A stretch of DNA of 36,440 nucleotides from a virus: positions 1 to 36,440 of IMG/VR virus record IMGVR_UViG_3300026522_000014; one strand, given 5' to 3'. Shown here one piece after another: positions 1 through 8,845 of the stretch. The position numbers and the translations under genes were made by a program. Position 1 is the stretch's first letter; every line of letters begins with the position of its first letter. A model generated the notes under the pieces. It saw only the letters and a program-made list of their open reading frames with translations. It did no database searches and was not told the DNA's origin.

Positions 1-127
1 CTTGACAATTTACAGGCACTTATGCAAGCAAAAGGGATATCCCGTCGAAAATTGGCGCAAGACTGCGGTATAAGCCCAAGCGCAGTGAATTCGTGGTTCA
101 ACCGCAGCGCCGAAAACATCAGCTTGC
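1..127. repeat. 127-bp exact terminal direct repeat, copy 1. It is the overlap of a circularly closed contig.
   Basis: Bases 1-127 (cttgacaatttacaggcac...aacatcagcttgc) are letter-for-letter identical to 36314-36440. Merging the copies restores a single repressor ORF. Confidence 0.95.
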
Positions 128-297
128 AGACGCTGAAGAAACTGTCCGAATATTTCGGAATCAGCATCGAAGAGCTTGTCTACGGTGCGAAGCCACGGCA
201 TGAGATTGTATTTACAAGCGACACATATACCAGCGAGGAATTGGCACAGATAGAACAATTTGCACGATTCCTGATAGGACAACGAGAAAGGACATGA
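1..297 (+). CDS. XRE/cI-type HTH repressor, 3' part of the junction-spanning gene
   Basis: Codons are in frame from base 1 (LDNLQALMQAKGISRRKLAQDCGISPSAVNSWF...). The HTH motif is present, the gene is divergent from a Cro-like gene, and it sits directly upstream of the integrase. Confidence 0.85.
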   Translation, partial: LDNLQALMQAKGISRRKLAQDCGISPSAVNSWFNRSAENISLQTLKKLSEYFGISIEELVYGAKPRHEIVFTSDTYTSEELAQIEQFARFLIGQRERT

Positions 298-302
298 TAT
301 GA

Positions 303-1817
303 ATGACATACGCGATTTACTTACGAAAATCAAGAAAAGACGATGAGACAGGATATGCGGATACGCTATCAAGGCACGAAAAAATGCTCATGGATTTAGC
401 CAACCGAATAGGTATCGAAATCCATGAGCAAGACATATATCGCGAGATTGTATCAGGTGAAAGCATTGAAGCGCGACCACAGATGCAACGCCTGCTGAAA
501 GCAGTGGAGATGCGCATGTACACGGCTGTGTTGTGCGTGGAATTGGAGCGATTGAGTCGCGGGAATGGAGAAGACCAAGCGCGAATATTAAAAGCATTTC
601 AATTCTCAAATACAAAAATAATTACTTTGAATAAAACGTATGATTTAGCTTCAGATGATGAGTTCGATGAGGAATTCTTCGAGTTCGGCTTATTCATGAG
701 CCGCAGGGAATACAAGATGATTAAACGCCGATTATTGCGCGGAAGATTACAGTCACAACAAGAAGGATATTTTACCGGTTCCACGCTACCATTCGGCTAC
801 GGCAAAATGAAGAATCCCGAAGGAAAGGGATATATCCTAGTGCCGAATGAACAAACGCCAATCTTGCAGATGATTTTCCGCCGCTACGCCGAAGGCGAAC
901 TGCTGGCGGAAATCGTGCATGACCTGAACGCTACAGGTGTCAAGACTGCAAGCTCAGTCAACGCCAGATGGTCAACCAACCGCGTTAGAGACATACTAAG
1001 GAATCGCGTTTATATCGGTGAAATCAACATCAATAAATACGCCAAGAATAGGCGAATGGAAGATGGTCGAATCATCGAAACCAAGAGACGCAACCCAGAC
1101 ATGCAGACAGTGCCGGGGAAACACGAGCCGATAATCGACATGGAAACGTGGAATAAAGTGCAGGCGAGATTCGCACGCTTCGAACCGAGAACCAACATCG
1201 ACCGCTCGCTGAAAAATCCTCTCGCATCCATCATGCGCTGCGCCGAATGCGGGAAAATGATGGCGCGCCGAACATACACTCACAAAGGCGTGTCAATCCC
1301 CATCATCGTATGCCAATCCAACCGCTGCATCACAAGACAGAGCAATCTTGAAATGGTTGAAAATATGGTCATAGAAACATTAAAAAAAGAGCTTGAAAGG
1401 CAACAGACAATCCTTGCAAGCTACGGTAATGAAAAGCAAGATAATAGCGACGATAAAACACTCGAATTCCTACAAGCTGAAATAGCGAAGAAAGACAAGA
1501 TGATGGAACGTGTAGACGAACTCTATGAATTAGGCGATTATACTCGCACGAAATATCTTGAGCGCTCGCAGAAACTACAAGCGCAAAAAGCCGAATTGAT
1601 GAAGCAATTAGAGGAAGTGGAAAAGCGTATCAGCGAGCGCGATAACAACCGCAAGAACGCAGTACCAATACTTACGAAAGTATTGGACGAATACCATACG
1701 CTTGACGTGAAGGGGAAAAATGATTTATTGAAGATGATTATCGAAACGATAACTTACCGTAAGCATGAATCGGGTAGTGATATAGAACCTGAATTAAACT
1801 TTAAACTCTTAATTTAA
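303..1817 (+). CDS. int: large serine recombinase (integrase)
   Basis: The N-terminal resolvase-type catalytic motif is AIYLRKSRKD, followed by a recombinase domain, a Cys cluster (CAECGKMM...CQSNRC) and a C-terminal coiled coil. Length is 504 aa and the gene is coupled to the repressor gene. Confidence 0.9.
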   Translation: MTYAIYLRKSRKDDETGYADTLSRHEKMLMDLANRIGIEIHEQDIYREIVSGESIEARPQMQRLLKAVEMRMYTAVLCVELERLSRGNGEDQARILKAFQFSNTKIITLNKTYDLASDDEFDEEFFEFGLFMSRREYKMIKRRLLRGRLQSQQEGYFTGSTLPFGYGKMKNPEGKGYILVPNEQTPILQMIFRRYAEGELLAEIVHDLNATGVKTASSVNARWSTNRVRDILRNRVYIGEININKYAKNRRMEDGRIIETKRRNPDMQTVPGKHEPIIDMETWNKVQARFARFEPRTNIDRSLKNPLASIMRCAECGKMMARRTYTHKGVSIPIIVCQSNRCITRQSNLEMVENMVIETLKKELERQQTILASYGNEKQDNSDDKTLEFLQAEIAKKDKMMERVDELYELGDYTRTKYLERSQKLQAQKAELMKQLEEVEKRISERDNNRKNAVPILTKVLDEYHTLDVKGKNDLLKMIIETITYRKHESGSDIEPELNFKLLI

Positions 1818-1820
1818 TCC

Positions 1821-1870
1821 GTCTGCAAGCATCGTGTATTCGATTTATCGGAAACTCAATGCTTACAGAC
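1821..1870. other. candidate attP core for the serine integrase (50-bp imperfect inverted repeat)
   Basis: gtctgcaagcat (1821-1832) and atgcttacagac (1859-1870) are 11/12 complementary and flank 26 bp. The site lies 4 bp after the integrase stop, in the convergent gap before the fibre gene. Confidence 0.4.
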
Positions 1871-1880
1871 GAAATAATAT

Positions 1881-1913
1881 GGCGGATAGTCGAATGGCTA
1901 CCCGCCTTTTATT
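1881..1913. terminator. hairpin plus T-tract terminator between the convergent int and fibre genes
   Basis: ggcggatag-tcgaatgg-ctacccgcc forms a 9-bp stem with one mismatch and is followed by ttttatt on the + strand. Confidence 0.55.
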
Positions 1914-1917
1914 GTGG

Positions 1918-3681
1918 TCAGCTTACCCGCTTCCACATGAAAACAGCCAAATATGGCGGCATATTATTGTGAGCCTTGCCGCCACCTGCATACATCGTCT
2001 GCACGTTGCCGCCATAACCGACTTTATTCTGCGCTTGCACAGTCATAAATGGCGTGGCATTACCGGCAGAATTGAGATTATCAATCTCATGGTTATGCTT
2101 CGGCATTTCGTCGATGGTCAGCGTGTGCTCCGCTTCGCCGCCAGTCGAGCCAGCCATATAAGTGTCGTCAGCGCCGAGCAGGAATCTGCCGCCGATTCGC
2201 TCCCAAGTGCCACCGAATAGAGTGGCTGGGTCGGTTCCATTGACCGATAGATAGATGGCTCCCACAGGGTATGCGCCCTGAGCAGTGAGAAACGCATTCT
2301 CGCCAAGCTGGAAAACGCCATTAGCAGCGGGGAAGCAATTCACACCGACGCTTGATTTTTTCGTGTCAATGAAGAAGGTAGGGATACCACGTCCAAGCGT
2401 CAGATTCTGTGTAGTGCTTCCGAGCTTATCAGCCGTAGTTATCTGCCAATCATACGCTGAATCCCTCTCGCACGTCACGGTGGATTCAACACCATTAGCA
2501 AGCGCAACGGTAGACCATGCGCCCGAGCTTCCCGCCTTGCGATATTTCGCCGTGATAGTCACATCATTCTTGCCGCCGAGCGACGCATACCAAGCATTGG
2601 CAGTCACGTGTGTTTCAGGCTCGAAATTATTCTTACGCTGTAGATTGACGGTTGCTGTTGGTTCCCACCACGATTCCACCTTGACATTGATGATGGTGGA
2701 CGTTTTAAGCCCGCGCGAATCGGTCACGCTGAAGACAAGCGGCATATCCGAAGAAACATCGACCTTGCCGAAGTCAAATGTTCCGACGCTAGATGCCGTC
2801 TTGGTCACGCCTGCGAAAGTCGCTTCATAGCTCGTAATCGTCGCGCCCTTCTGAGCTGTCGCCGCGCCGAAGCTCACTTGCAAGTCCGATTGCCGCTGTA
2901 CAATCACCTGATTGTCCTCGGTCATGGCAACCGTGGTAGCGTTAGCGTCCTTGTAGGTGACTGTGCCGAGGATAGGTGCAGCATCACTCATACTCATGGT
3001 GCGGTCGAGCGACGAATAATATTCCCGCCCGCAGATGATTGTGCGCAACACGTAGCGCACCGGCATTGATATCCCTGTACACGCCGCTCTCAGCGTCTCA
3101 CGCTCCGCATCAGTAAGGACAAAAGTGTACGTCCCGCTCTTGCCCGTGATGGCGTTTCGTCGCATTATTTGAGTACCCGAACCGACCGGGGCAAACTCCA
3201 AATAAGCATCAGCCGTGAATCCACCGGCATTGCTGAATGTCAGTGATGGCGTACCGCTATCCGTGAAATCGGCGGCGCTGGTGATTGTCGCCTGCCGTGG
3301 GATAGCGTCAAGTGTGATATTCCCGCTAGCAGTGATGCTAGCCACCTTGCTACCGTCAATCGTCGCATTGATGTTGAACACGTCATTGATGGTGCATGTC
3401 TTGCTGCCGTCTGCATTGTGATTGACGCGATGGGTGGTCGTGCCGAGAGTGACCGAGCCACCTTTCTGGTTGATAGCCGGTGACGAATACGATTGCGCTG
3501 CACCGTCAACCGTGCAAGTATTTGAACGGCTACCGATATTCAAGGAATATGCGGAGCCGATTAGCAAAACGTGCTTGATAGTGATATCCGAGTAATTCCC
3601 GGAAACGTTCTGTGATGCACTCCAATTAGCCTGAAGTGTATAGCCTCGATACACGCCTGTAATACTGCCTGATAAAGCCAT
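1918..3681 (-). CDS. tail fibre / receptor-binding protein with a C-terminal phage tail-collar domain
   Basis: The C-terminus reads GGRFLLGADDTYMAGSTGGEAEHTLTIDEMPKHNHEI...GGGKAHNNMPPYLAVFMWKR, the tail-collar signature. The RBS is aaggaggtaacatc and the gene is last in the tail block. Confidence 0.8.
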   Translation of the reverse strand: MALSGSITGVYRGYTLQANWSASQNVSGNYSDITIKHVLLIGSAYSLNIGSRSNTCTVDGAAQSYSSPAINQKGGSVTLGTTTHRVNHNADGSKTCTINDVFNINATIDGSKVASITASGNITLDAIPRQATITSAADFTDSGTPSLTFSNAGGFTADAYLEFAPVGSGTQIMRRNAITGKSGTYTFVLTDAERETLRAACTGISMPVRYVLRTIICGREYYSSLDRTMSMSDAAPILGTVTYKDANATTVAMTEDNQVIVQRQSDLQVSFGAATAQKGATITSYEATFAGVTKTASSVGTFDFGKVDVSSDMPLVFSVTDSRGLKTSTIINVKVESWWEPTATVNLQRKNNFEPETHVTANAWYASLGGKNDVTITAKYRKAGSSGAWSTVALANGVESTVTCERDSAYDWQITTADKLGSTTQNLTLGRGIPTFFIDTKKSSVGVNCFPAANGVFQLGENAFLTAQGAYPVGAIYLSVNGTDPATLFGGTWERIGGRFLLGADDTYMAGSTGGEAEHTLTIDEMPKHNHEIDNLNSAGNATPFMTVQAQNKVGYGGNVQTMYAGGGKAHNNMPPYLAVFMWKRVS

Positions 3682-3693
3682 GATGTTACCTCC

Positions 3694-5364
3694 TTAGCTC
3701 AGCGCAACGAATGCCACGCCAGTATTATCTCCCGAAGTCACTGGCACGATTTTCAACTTGCCACCAACAGCCAATCCCTCCTCAACGTAACCATTCCGCA
3801 TGTAGAACACGCCATTAGTAACCGTGTAAGTCACTTTATTCGCTGAATCGTAGCCGGTAAGACCATTAGCCGCGCTCACGACGATATGTGAGCCGTCCTG
3901 CGCCCACATGGTTAAACCGCCATTATCCAGCCGTCCCAACGTGGCTCCAGCCGCCGACTTGACAAGCATCACACCATTACCGTTATCCTGTCCGCCGAGA
4001 GTAAGCGTGCCTCCCTTGATTAAATCCGCAACAAGGTTGATTACGTTGATATTCTGCATGTTGAGTGTACCGTCGATAGTCCAAGCCGAGGTAAAGCTAC
4101 CGTTGATGCCTGAACTGCTGAAGCCGATTCCAGCGCTATTAATCCGCAGGACATTATGCGCCGATTCCTTCGGTAGGGAATCCACGACCAGAATCTGCTC
4201 GCCATCGTAAATAACATAGCTCCCGCCATAGAAATTGTTAATCTTCGATTCGCTCTCGTTTAGCCGGTCATTTACCGTGGTGACTATCGATGAATTAACA
4301 GCTTGCGCCGCGTCTGTCGCCGTCTGCTGTACCGTACCCATAAGCCCGGAAAGTGTCTGCTTGAAATTGCCGAACTCGATAGACGTGTAGCGCTGCTGGA
4401 TGCAGTCATACTCGAAGCTGATGACATGCGTGAGCATATCCAAGCCCATACGCTCGTCAATCACTTCGATAGTGTCACCGATATCGGTGATTTTCTCCAA
4501 ATTAGCCGACATCTTATAATTGACTTTAGGCACGCAATTCTCTTCGAGATATTTCTGCGCCTGCTGTCTTAAATCGGCAAGGCAAGCACGCTTGTACGCC
4601 GTCTCATCGTCCTTTCCGTCAGGTGTCTTATAGTTCTCCTGCTTGATATCAGACTGCGAAAATTGAACCGTTTTTGTAAATGGCACGTCGTATTGTTTTG
4701 GAGCGTCCATGTACAGTGTTTGCTTGCTGTCCAGCGCATTGAGCAACAACCCATTGTCACCTTCCGGCAATAGGCGAGTACACACGTCACTCCAGTCGTA
4801 TGACGCTGTGATGCTCTTGAGATTCTTGCCGTACCTTACCACAACGCCATTATCAGCGCCGATAGACTGCCGGATACCGATAGCCCAGCCGTCCCGCACC
4901 AAGTGACCGCCCCAGCGTTCCAGAACCGTTGTAATCGCCTCATAAAGTGACTTTCGTACACACCGAAACGAGTTAATGGTGTTAATGTCCGAAACCGTCC
5001 GGAATGGTGATTTTGGCTCTGTGGCGGTATTGAGATGGTCGAGCGCCTGATTGCAGGTGCTGTCAACCACGTATGAATCGGCAATAAGATAATTAGCCGA
5101 ATCATAGAAGACGTGATTGCACTTGCACGTGATTTTAGTGTGCGTAATCTCCGGATTAAGAATGCGGAAAGGTTGCGCACCTTGTGGAGTGTCCGCGACG
5201 ATGATATTACCGGATTTAATCCACGGCAGATACTCCGTGCCGCACGTTAAATCCAGATAATAAGCGTCGTTGTCCTCCTTATGTACTGTTGCTTTTAGCG
5301 GCTGGATTACCTTGTCGCCATTGCTTGTATAAGTCTTGTCTGTAGGGCTAAAGATTCTGAGCAT
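3694..5364 (-). CDS. Tal-like tail tip protein (phage minor structural protein, N-terminal region / prophage-tail family)
   Basis: The N-terminus MLRIFSPTDKTYTSNGDKVIQPLKATVHKEDNDAYYLDLTC... and the later ...RWGGHLVRDGWAIGI... segment are typical of siphovirus Tal proteins. The RBS is caaggagg. Confidence 0.75.
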   Translation of the reverse strand: MLRIFSPTDKTYTSNGDKVIQPLKATVHKEDNDAYYLDLTCGTEYLPWIKSGNIIVADTPQGAQPFRILNPEITHTKITCKCNHVFYDSANYLIADSYVVDSTCNQALDHLNTATEPKSPFRTVSDINTINSFRCVRKSLYEAITTVLERWGGHLVRDGWAIGIRQSIGADNGVVVRYGKNLKSITASYDWSDVCTRLLPEGDNGLLLNALDSKQTLYMDAPKQYDVPFTKTVQFSQSDIKQENYKTPDGKDDETAYKRACLADLRQQAQKYLEENCVPKVNYKMSANLEKITDIGDTIEVIDERMGLDMLTHVISFEYDCIQQRYTSIEFGNFKQTLSGLMGTVQQTATDAAQAVNSSIVTTVNDRLNESESKINNFYGGSYVIYDGEQILVVDSLPKESAHNVLRINSAGIGFSSSGINGSFTSAWTIDGTLNMQNINVINLVADLIKGGTLTLGGQDNGNGVMLVKSAAGATLGRLDNGGLTMWAQDGSHIVVSAANGLTGYDSANKVTYTVTNGVFYMRNGYVEEGLAVGGKLKIVPVTSGDNTGVAFVALS

Positions 5365-5399
5365 ATGTACCTCCTTGCATCAATGATATGTGTGAAAAA

Positions 5400-5440
5400 C
5401 GACACGCCGAAGTTGCGTACCGTAAGGATAGGTGTATAGT
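5400..5440. promoter_or_regulatory. divergent regulatory region: a TCGGCGTGTCG box (- strand) plus ATAGGTGTATAGT (+ strand) with a TTGCGT -35-like hexamer
   Basis: The plus strand reads cgacacgccgaag TTGCGT accgtaaggataggtg TATAGT, giving a 16-nt spacer. The 13-mer at 5428-5440 is identical to five - strand copies elsewhere. Confidence 0.5.
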
Positions 5441-5479
5441 TAAAGACATCAACCGGAAACCACGGAAAGGAAGCCCACA

Positions 5480-5881
5480 ATGAACACCATCACACTCCAG
5501 CAGCTCCAGCAAGAAAACCGCGCAGCAACCGCCTACATCATCCTCGACAACACAGTCCACTCCGAAGACGGCTTCGACTACGGATACTACCAAGGAAGCA
5601 AAATCCGCCTCACAGACGGCAAAACAACAGTCAACGCCGACCTCACCTACATTCCGGGCAAAGGCTACGAAATCGACACCCGCGACACAATGGTATGCCG
5701 GGAATACAGCGAGGAAGCCGTCAAGGAACGCATCGAATTCCGCAAGGCTCCAATCCTCAAGGAAGGCGACACGCTCACCATCTTGGAGCTAAGGTCAGGT
5801 GCTCAAGAACCCGCCACATTCGTTGACGGCACGGTTGGCAAGGTGGACGTGTTCAGTGAGGTTGGCGCTCGAATCTACTGA
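5480..5881 (+). CDS. hypothetical protein and first gene of the opposite-strand accessory (moron-like) cassette
   Basis: A 133-aa ORF with RBS ggaaaggaag 6 nt upstream of the ATG. It lies on the opposite strand to all neighbours. I recognise no family. Confidence 0.7.
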   Translation: MNTITLQQLQQENRAATAYIILDNTVHSEDGFDYGYYQGSKIRLTDGKTTVNADLTYIPGKGYEIDTRDTMVCREYSEEAVKERIEFRKAPILKEGDTLTILELRSGAQEPATFVDGTVGKVDVFSEVGARIY

Positions 5882-5940
5882 ACATCACACGCTCCGGGCG
5901 GGAGCCAATAACTCCCGCCCACCACACGGAAGGACACGCC

Positions 5941-6099
5941 ATGAAAGACAAGCTCGAAACCCTCAGCATCATACTCATACTAATCGGGATGCTTATGGCA
6001 ATGAATATCGACTTGACACGCATATACCGGAATATCATCGGCGCTGGAATCACTGTCATCGGAATGGTCATCATGCACGCCACCGGCAGGGACGCATGA
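5941..6099 (+). CDS. 52-aa predicted 2-TM membrane peptide, not in the ORF track
   Basis: The ATG at 5941 follows ggaaggacacgcc. Translation is MKDKLETLSIILILIGMLMAMNIDLTRIYRNIIGAGITVIGMVIMHATGRDA, with two hydrophobic segments. Confidence 0.6.
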   Translation: MKDKLETLSIILILIGMLMAMNIDLTRIYRNIIGAGITVIGMVIMHATGRDA

Positions 6100-6113
6100 G
6101 GTACAATAAGAAA

Positions 6114-6179
6114 GCCGGGAAAGTCCCGGTGTTCTCATTGCGCAAGTGGCGCGGGAAACCTAAGTCAATCACCCGCGCC
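6114..6179. terminator. two hairpins between the convergent cassette and the endolysin gene, a likely bidirectional terminator region
   Basis: The first hairpin is ccggga-aag-tcccgg (6115-6129), flanked by T/A-rich runs on both strands. The second is ggcgcggg...cccgcgcc (6148-6179), with 8-bp arms. Confidence 0.5.
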
Positions 6180-6193
6180 ACCATTACTCTTAA

Positions 6194-7126
6194 TCAGTCG
6201 ATTCTCAGCACTTGTCCCACACGAATCAGATTAGGATTCCTGATACCGTTAATCCGCTGGAGCTTCTGCCAAGTCGTGCCGTATCGAGCGGCAATGCCTG
6301 AGAGTGTATCCCCGGCGCGTACAGTGTAAGTACGCCCAGCGCTCTTATGCGTCAGCTTCTGGTTCACGATAGCTTGCACAGCGTCATAGCGATTGCCAAG
6401 CGCCTTGCGCCGAGCGTCACCATCACCGAATCTACCGGCAATCACTTCGTCGGCAAGCTGATTATCACTCTTGCCAGCAAGCGGGTCAACCGGAGCCGGA
6501 GCGGGTACCGGAGTGCCTGAAGCGCCAGCGTACTTCTGCCATGCCGCCGCATCGCCATAGAACTTGTCAAGGTCAAGATTACCGCCCCAGCCGTTGAGCC
6601 GTCCAACGCTGGAATATTGCCGGATAGCGCAAGTGTAGGCTCCCTCATTCCACGGCTTATCCTGATAGCCGGTCGCGCTCATATTAGCGTACTGGGCACA
6701 CCAGATAGCGCAATTGTACTTTTGAGCAATTGGAGCCACCTGAGCATACACACTCGCCTGAGCATAAATCATCGGGCGAACACCAGTCCGCTCGATAACG
6801 CGAGCCACCAGCGCGTCAAGATACCCATAGTTGCCCCACGCCTTATTAGAGCCGCTCTCCCAGTCGATGCACAGGATACCCTTGCCGACATAATTCTTGA
6901 CGTTGTTCACGTAGTAGTCGGCTTCAGCTTGGGCACCGGAGCCGTCCACATAATGATACGTGCCCCAACACTTGCCCAGCCTGATAGCCTGCTGCACAGC
7001 CCGGTCACAATCTGGATTGACATAATTCACGCCTTGCGTTGCCTTCGCGATGACGAAATCGCAAGGTACCTTGCCAAGGTCAATACCTGCTTGGTATGAC
7101 GCGATATCAATTCCCTGCATTACCAT
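6194..7126 (-). CDS. endolysin: GH25 muramidase domain plus a C-terminal LysM domain
   Basis: The N-terminus reads [37 protein letters not shown]...GTYHY (GH25-like). The C-terminus reads [43 protein letters not shown] (LysM). The RBS is aggaggtaattatt. Confidence 0.9.
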   Translation of the reverse strand: MVMQGIDIASYQAGIDLGKVPCDFVIAKATQGVNYVNPDCDRAVQQAIRLGKCWGTYHYVDGSGAQAEADYYVNNVKNYVGKGILCIDWESGSNKAWGNYGYLDALVARVIERTGVRPMIYAQASVYAQVAPIAQKYNCAIWCAQYANMSATGYQDKPWNEGAYTCAIRQYSSVGRLNGWGGNLDLDKFYGDAAAWQKYAGASGTPVPAPAPVDPLAGKSDNQLADEVIAGRFGDGDARRKALGNRYDAVQAIVNQKLTHKSAGRTYTVRAGDTLSGIAARYGTTWQKLQRINGIRNPNLIRVGQVLRID

Positions 7127-7141
7127 AATAATTACCTCCTA

Positions 7142-7696
7142 TTAAGCGTTCTTGATGTAGAACAAATTACCGAGAGAAGTGAACGAATTACTGCCGTCAG
7201 TGACCACCGTATTAATGGGGTGGATTACACGATTCAGTGAAACATAAAACGGTGAGAAAACATGAGTGAAAGTATCAATAAGAGGTGCAAGAAGAACATC
7301 ACTACTGTCTGTACTGCTCTTGATATTACCGCCGATGACGTTCGTCCACTTAGACAAATCGCTGGCATCAAAGTAAGTCGTGACACCATCGACTATTACA
7401 AGAGCGACAATATAATACGCAGGAACGGCAGTAATAGTATTGCCAGTGAATTCCGGTAGGACGATAAGCGCTTTACGTGAATCGTCTTTTATAGCGACGA
7501 ATTTACTTGCGACGGCGCTACTATAGTTGTAAATTGAGAAAGATTTACAGCCGTACACGCCTGAAGCTGAAGAAAAGTCAACATTAGTACCAGAAACGGT
7601 ATTAGTCACATCACTAAACCCAGCATCATGCAACAAATCTCGTACAGTATCAGCAATAGAACCTGTATAGGTCTTCTCGAAGATTTCAATACCCAT
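7142..7696 (-). CDS. hypothetical structural protein, possibly a baseplate or receptor-binding component
   Basis: A 184-aa ORF with RBS aaggagga. It has no TM segment and is placed only by its position after the BppU-like gene. Confidence 0.6.
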   Translation of the reverse strand: MGIEIFEKTYTGSIADTVRDLLHDAGFSDVTNTVSGTNVDFSSASGVYGCKSFSIYNYSSAVASKFVAIKDDSRKALIVLPEFTGNTITAVPAYYIVALVIVDGVTTYFDASDLSKWTNVIGGNIKSSTDSSDVLLAPLIDTFTHVFSPFYVSLNRVIHPINTVVTDGSNSFTSLGNLFYIKNA

Positions 7697-7710
7697 AATA
7701 AAATTCCTCC

Positions 7711-8835
7711 TTATGCTTTATGCGCCGTGTAATATTCTACCGTCGTCCCGTTGGCTTTCGGGGCACCAGCGGTAATGTACCCACTATTAGCGAAAGGGAG
7801 CACAAAATCCAATACCACGTCCTTGCTAGTCCCAGAATTGATGATTTGCGCTTTAGACACACTGTCCGTGAGAATCGTCTTGCCGACGGACACGGTACAG
7901 CCGCCAGTACCGATTTTGTTCACACCGATATACTTGCCGCCGCGAGCATACCAGTAAGCGTCAAGAGCAAAATTATAATACTTACCGGTAGCGATTTTCG
8001 ACCCGATAGCAAGCTCAAGATAGCAAGACTCCTCACCATCGTCTTTTTCCTGCAAAAGCCACTCAAAATAGTCAACTGTGTCCCCTGTAGTCACCTCTTT
8101 TTGGCTGTCACAACCAATCAGGTAGGCGGAATTCGATATGCCGCCGAAAGTGAAATTGAAATCTGACTTATCCGGGCAATACTCTACCGGGATTTCGCAC
8201 AGCCGCCAGTACTCTGCGGCATTGTTTATTTGCACCTGCGAGCCACCGACCTTGGCATGTACCATCGCTGTGACCGGGTCATATGTGATTTTCACCCGAA
8301 GCGGTGTGACATCATCAATCCTACCGTACCCGTCGAAAATCGTGATTGGCTTACTGCTCGCACCGATAAGAGCATTAATATCGGTCAGAGACGCGGAAAA
8401 ATCATCGAATTTCTTCTCGATTGACTGCGTGTATTGGTCGTACAGCGTCCTGTCATCAGCTGATACGGCTGAATCCCTACGCATGGTAGCCGCTTCGACC
8501 TCAATAAGGAAATTCTGCGTCCCAATCGGATTGCCTGCCGCGTCGAAAAGCACAAGCTCAGCCGCGTGTTTCCCGGCGCTCTTGGTCATCTCCTGAGTAA
8601 CCGTGAAGCTGACCTTGCTATCATCGGTCACAGTGCAAGACTGCGAAAACTCCACGCCATCACTGCGAGTACCGTCCACGCGAGCCAGACAGCCGCTAAT
8701 ATCCGCTAAATCCCAGCCGTCGAAAACCGTGAAGACAATCTTGCGCGAGCCAGTGTCGAATTGAGAGCATTTGACCACCGGGAAAGCCCCAGTGGATTTC
8801 AAATCAATATCATAATCTTGTTCAATTACCGCCAT
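7711..8835 (-). CDS. BppU-like baseplate upper protein
   Basis: I trimmed the start to the ATG at 8835 (MAVIEQDYDIDLK), which has RBS taggaggaataca. The N-terminal domain pattern is VVKCSQFDTGSRKIVFTVFDGWDLADISG...SFTVTQEMTKSAGKHAAELVLFDAAGNPIGTQNFLIEVE, as in BppU_N. Confidence 0.6.
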   Translation of the reverse strand: MAVIEQDYDIDLKSTGAFPVVKCSQFDTGSRKIVFTVFDGWDLADISGCLARVDGTRSDGVEFSQSCTVTDDSKVSFTVTQEMTKSAGKHAAELVLFDAAGNPIGTQNFLIEVEAATMRRDSAVSADDRTLYDQYTQSIEKKFDDFSASLTDINALIGASSKPITIFDGYGRIDDVTPLRVKITYDPVTAMVHAKVGGSQVQINNAAEYWRLCEIPVEYCPDKSDFNFTFGGISNSAYLIGCDSQKEVTTGDTVDYFEWLLQEKDDGEESCYLELAIGSKIATGKYYNFALDAYWYARGGKYIGVNKIGTGGCTVSVGKTILTDSVSKAQIINSGTSKDVVLDFVLPFANSGYITAGAPKANGTTVEYYTAHKA

Positions 8836-8845
8836 TGTATTCCTC

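Noticed and set aside
1-127. The terminal repeat considered as attL/attR or as a true phage direct terminal repeat.
   Set aside because: The repeat lies inside the repressor coding sequence, and collapsing it restores one ORF. This is the signature of an assembly overlap on a circular molecule.
1918-3681. A possible diversity-generating retroelement target in the fibre C-terminus.
   Set aside because: There is no reverse transcriptase gene and no template-repeat copy of the fibre 3' end anywhere in the genome.
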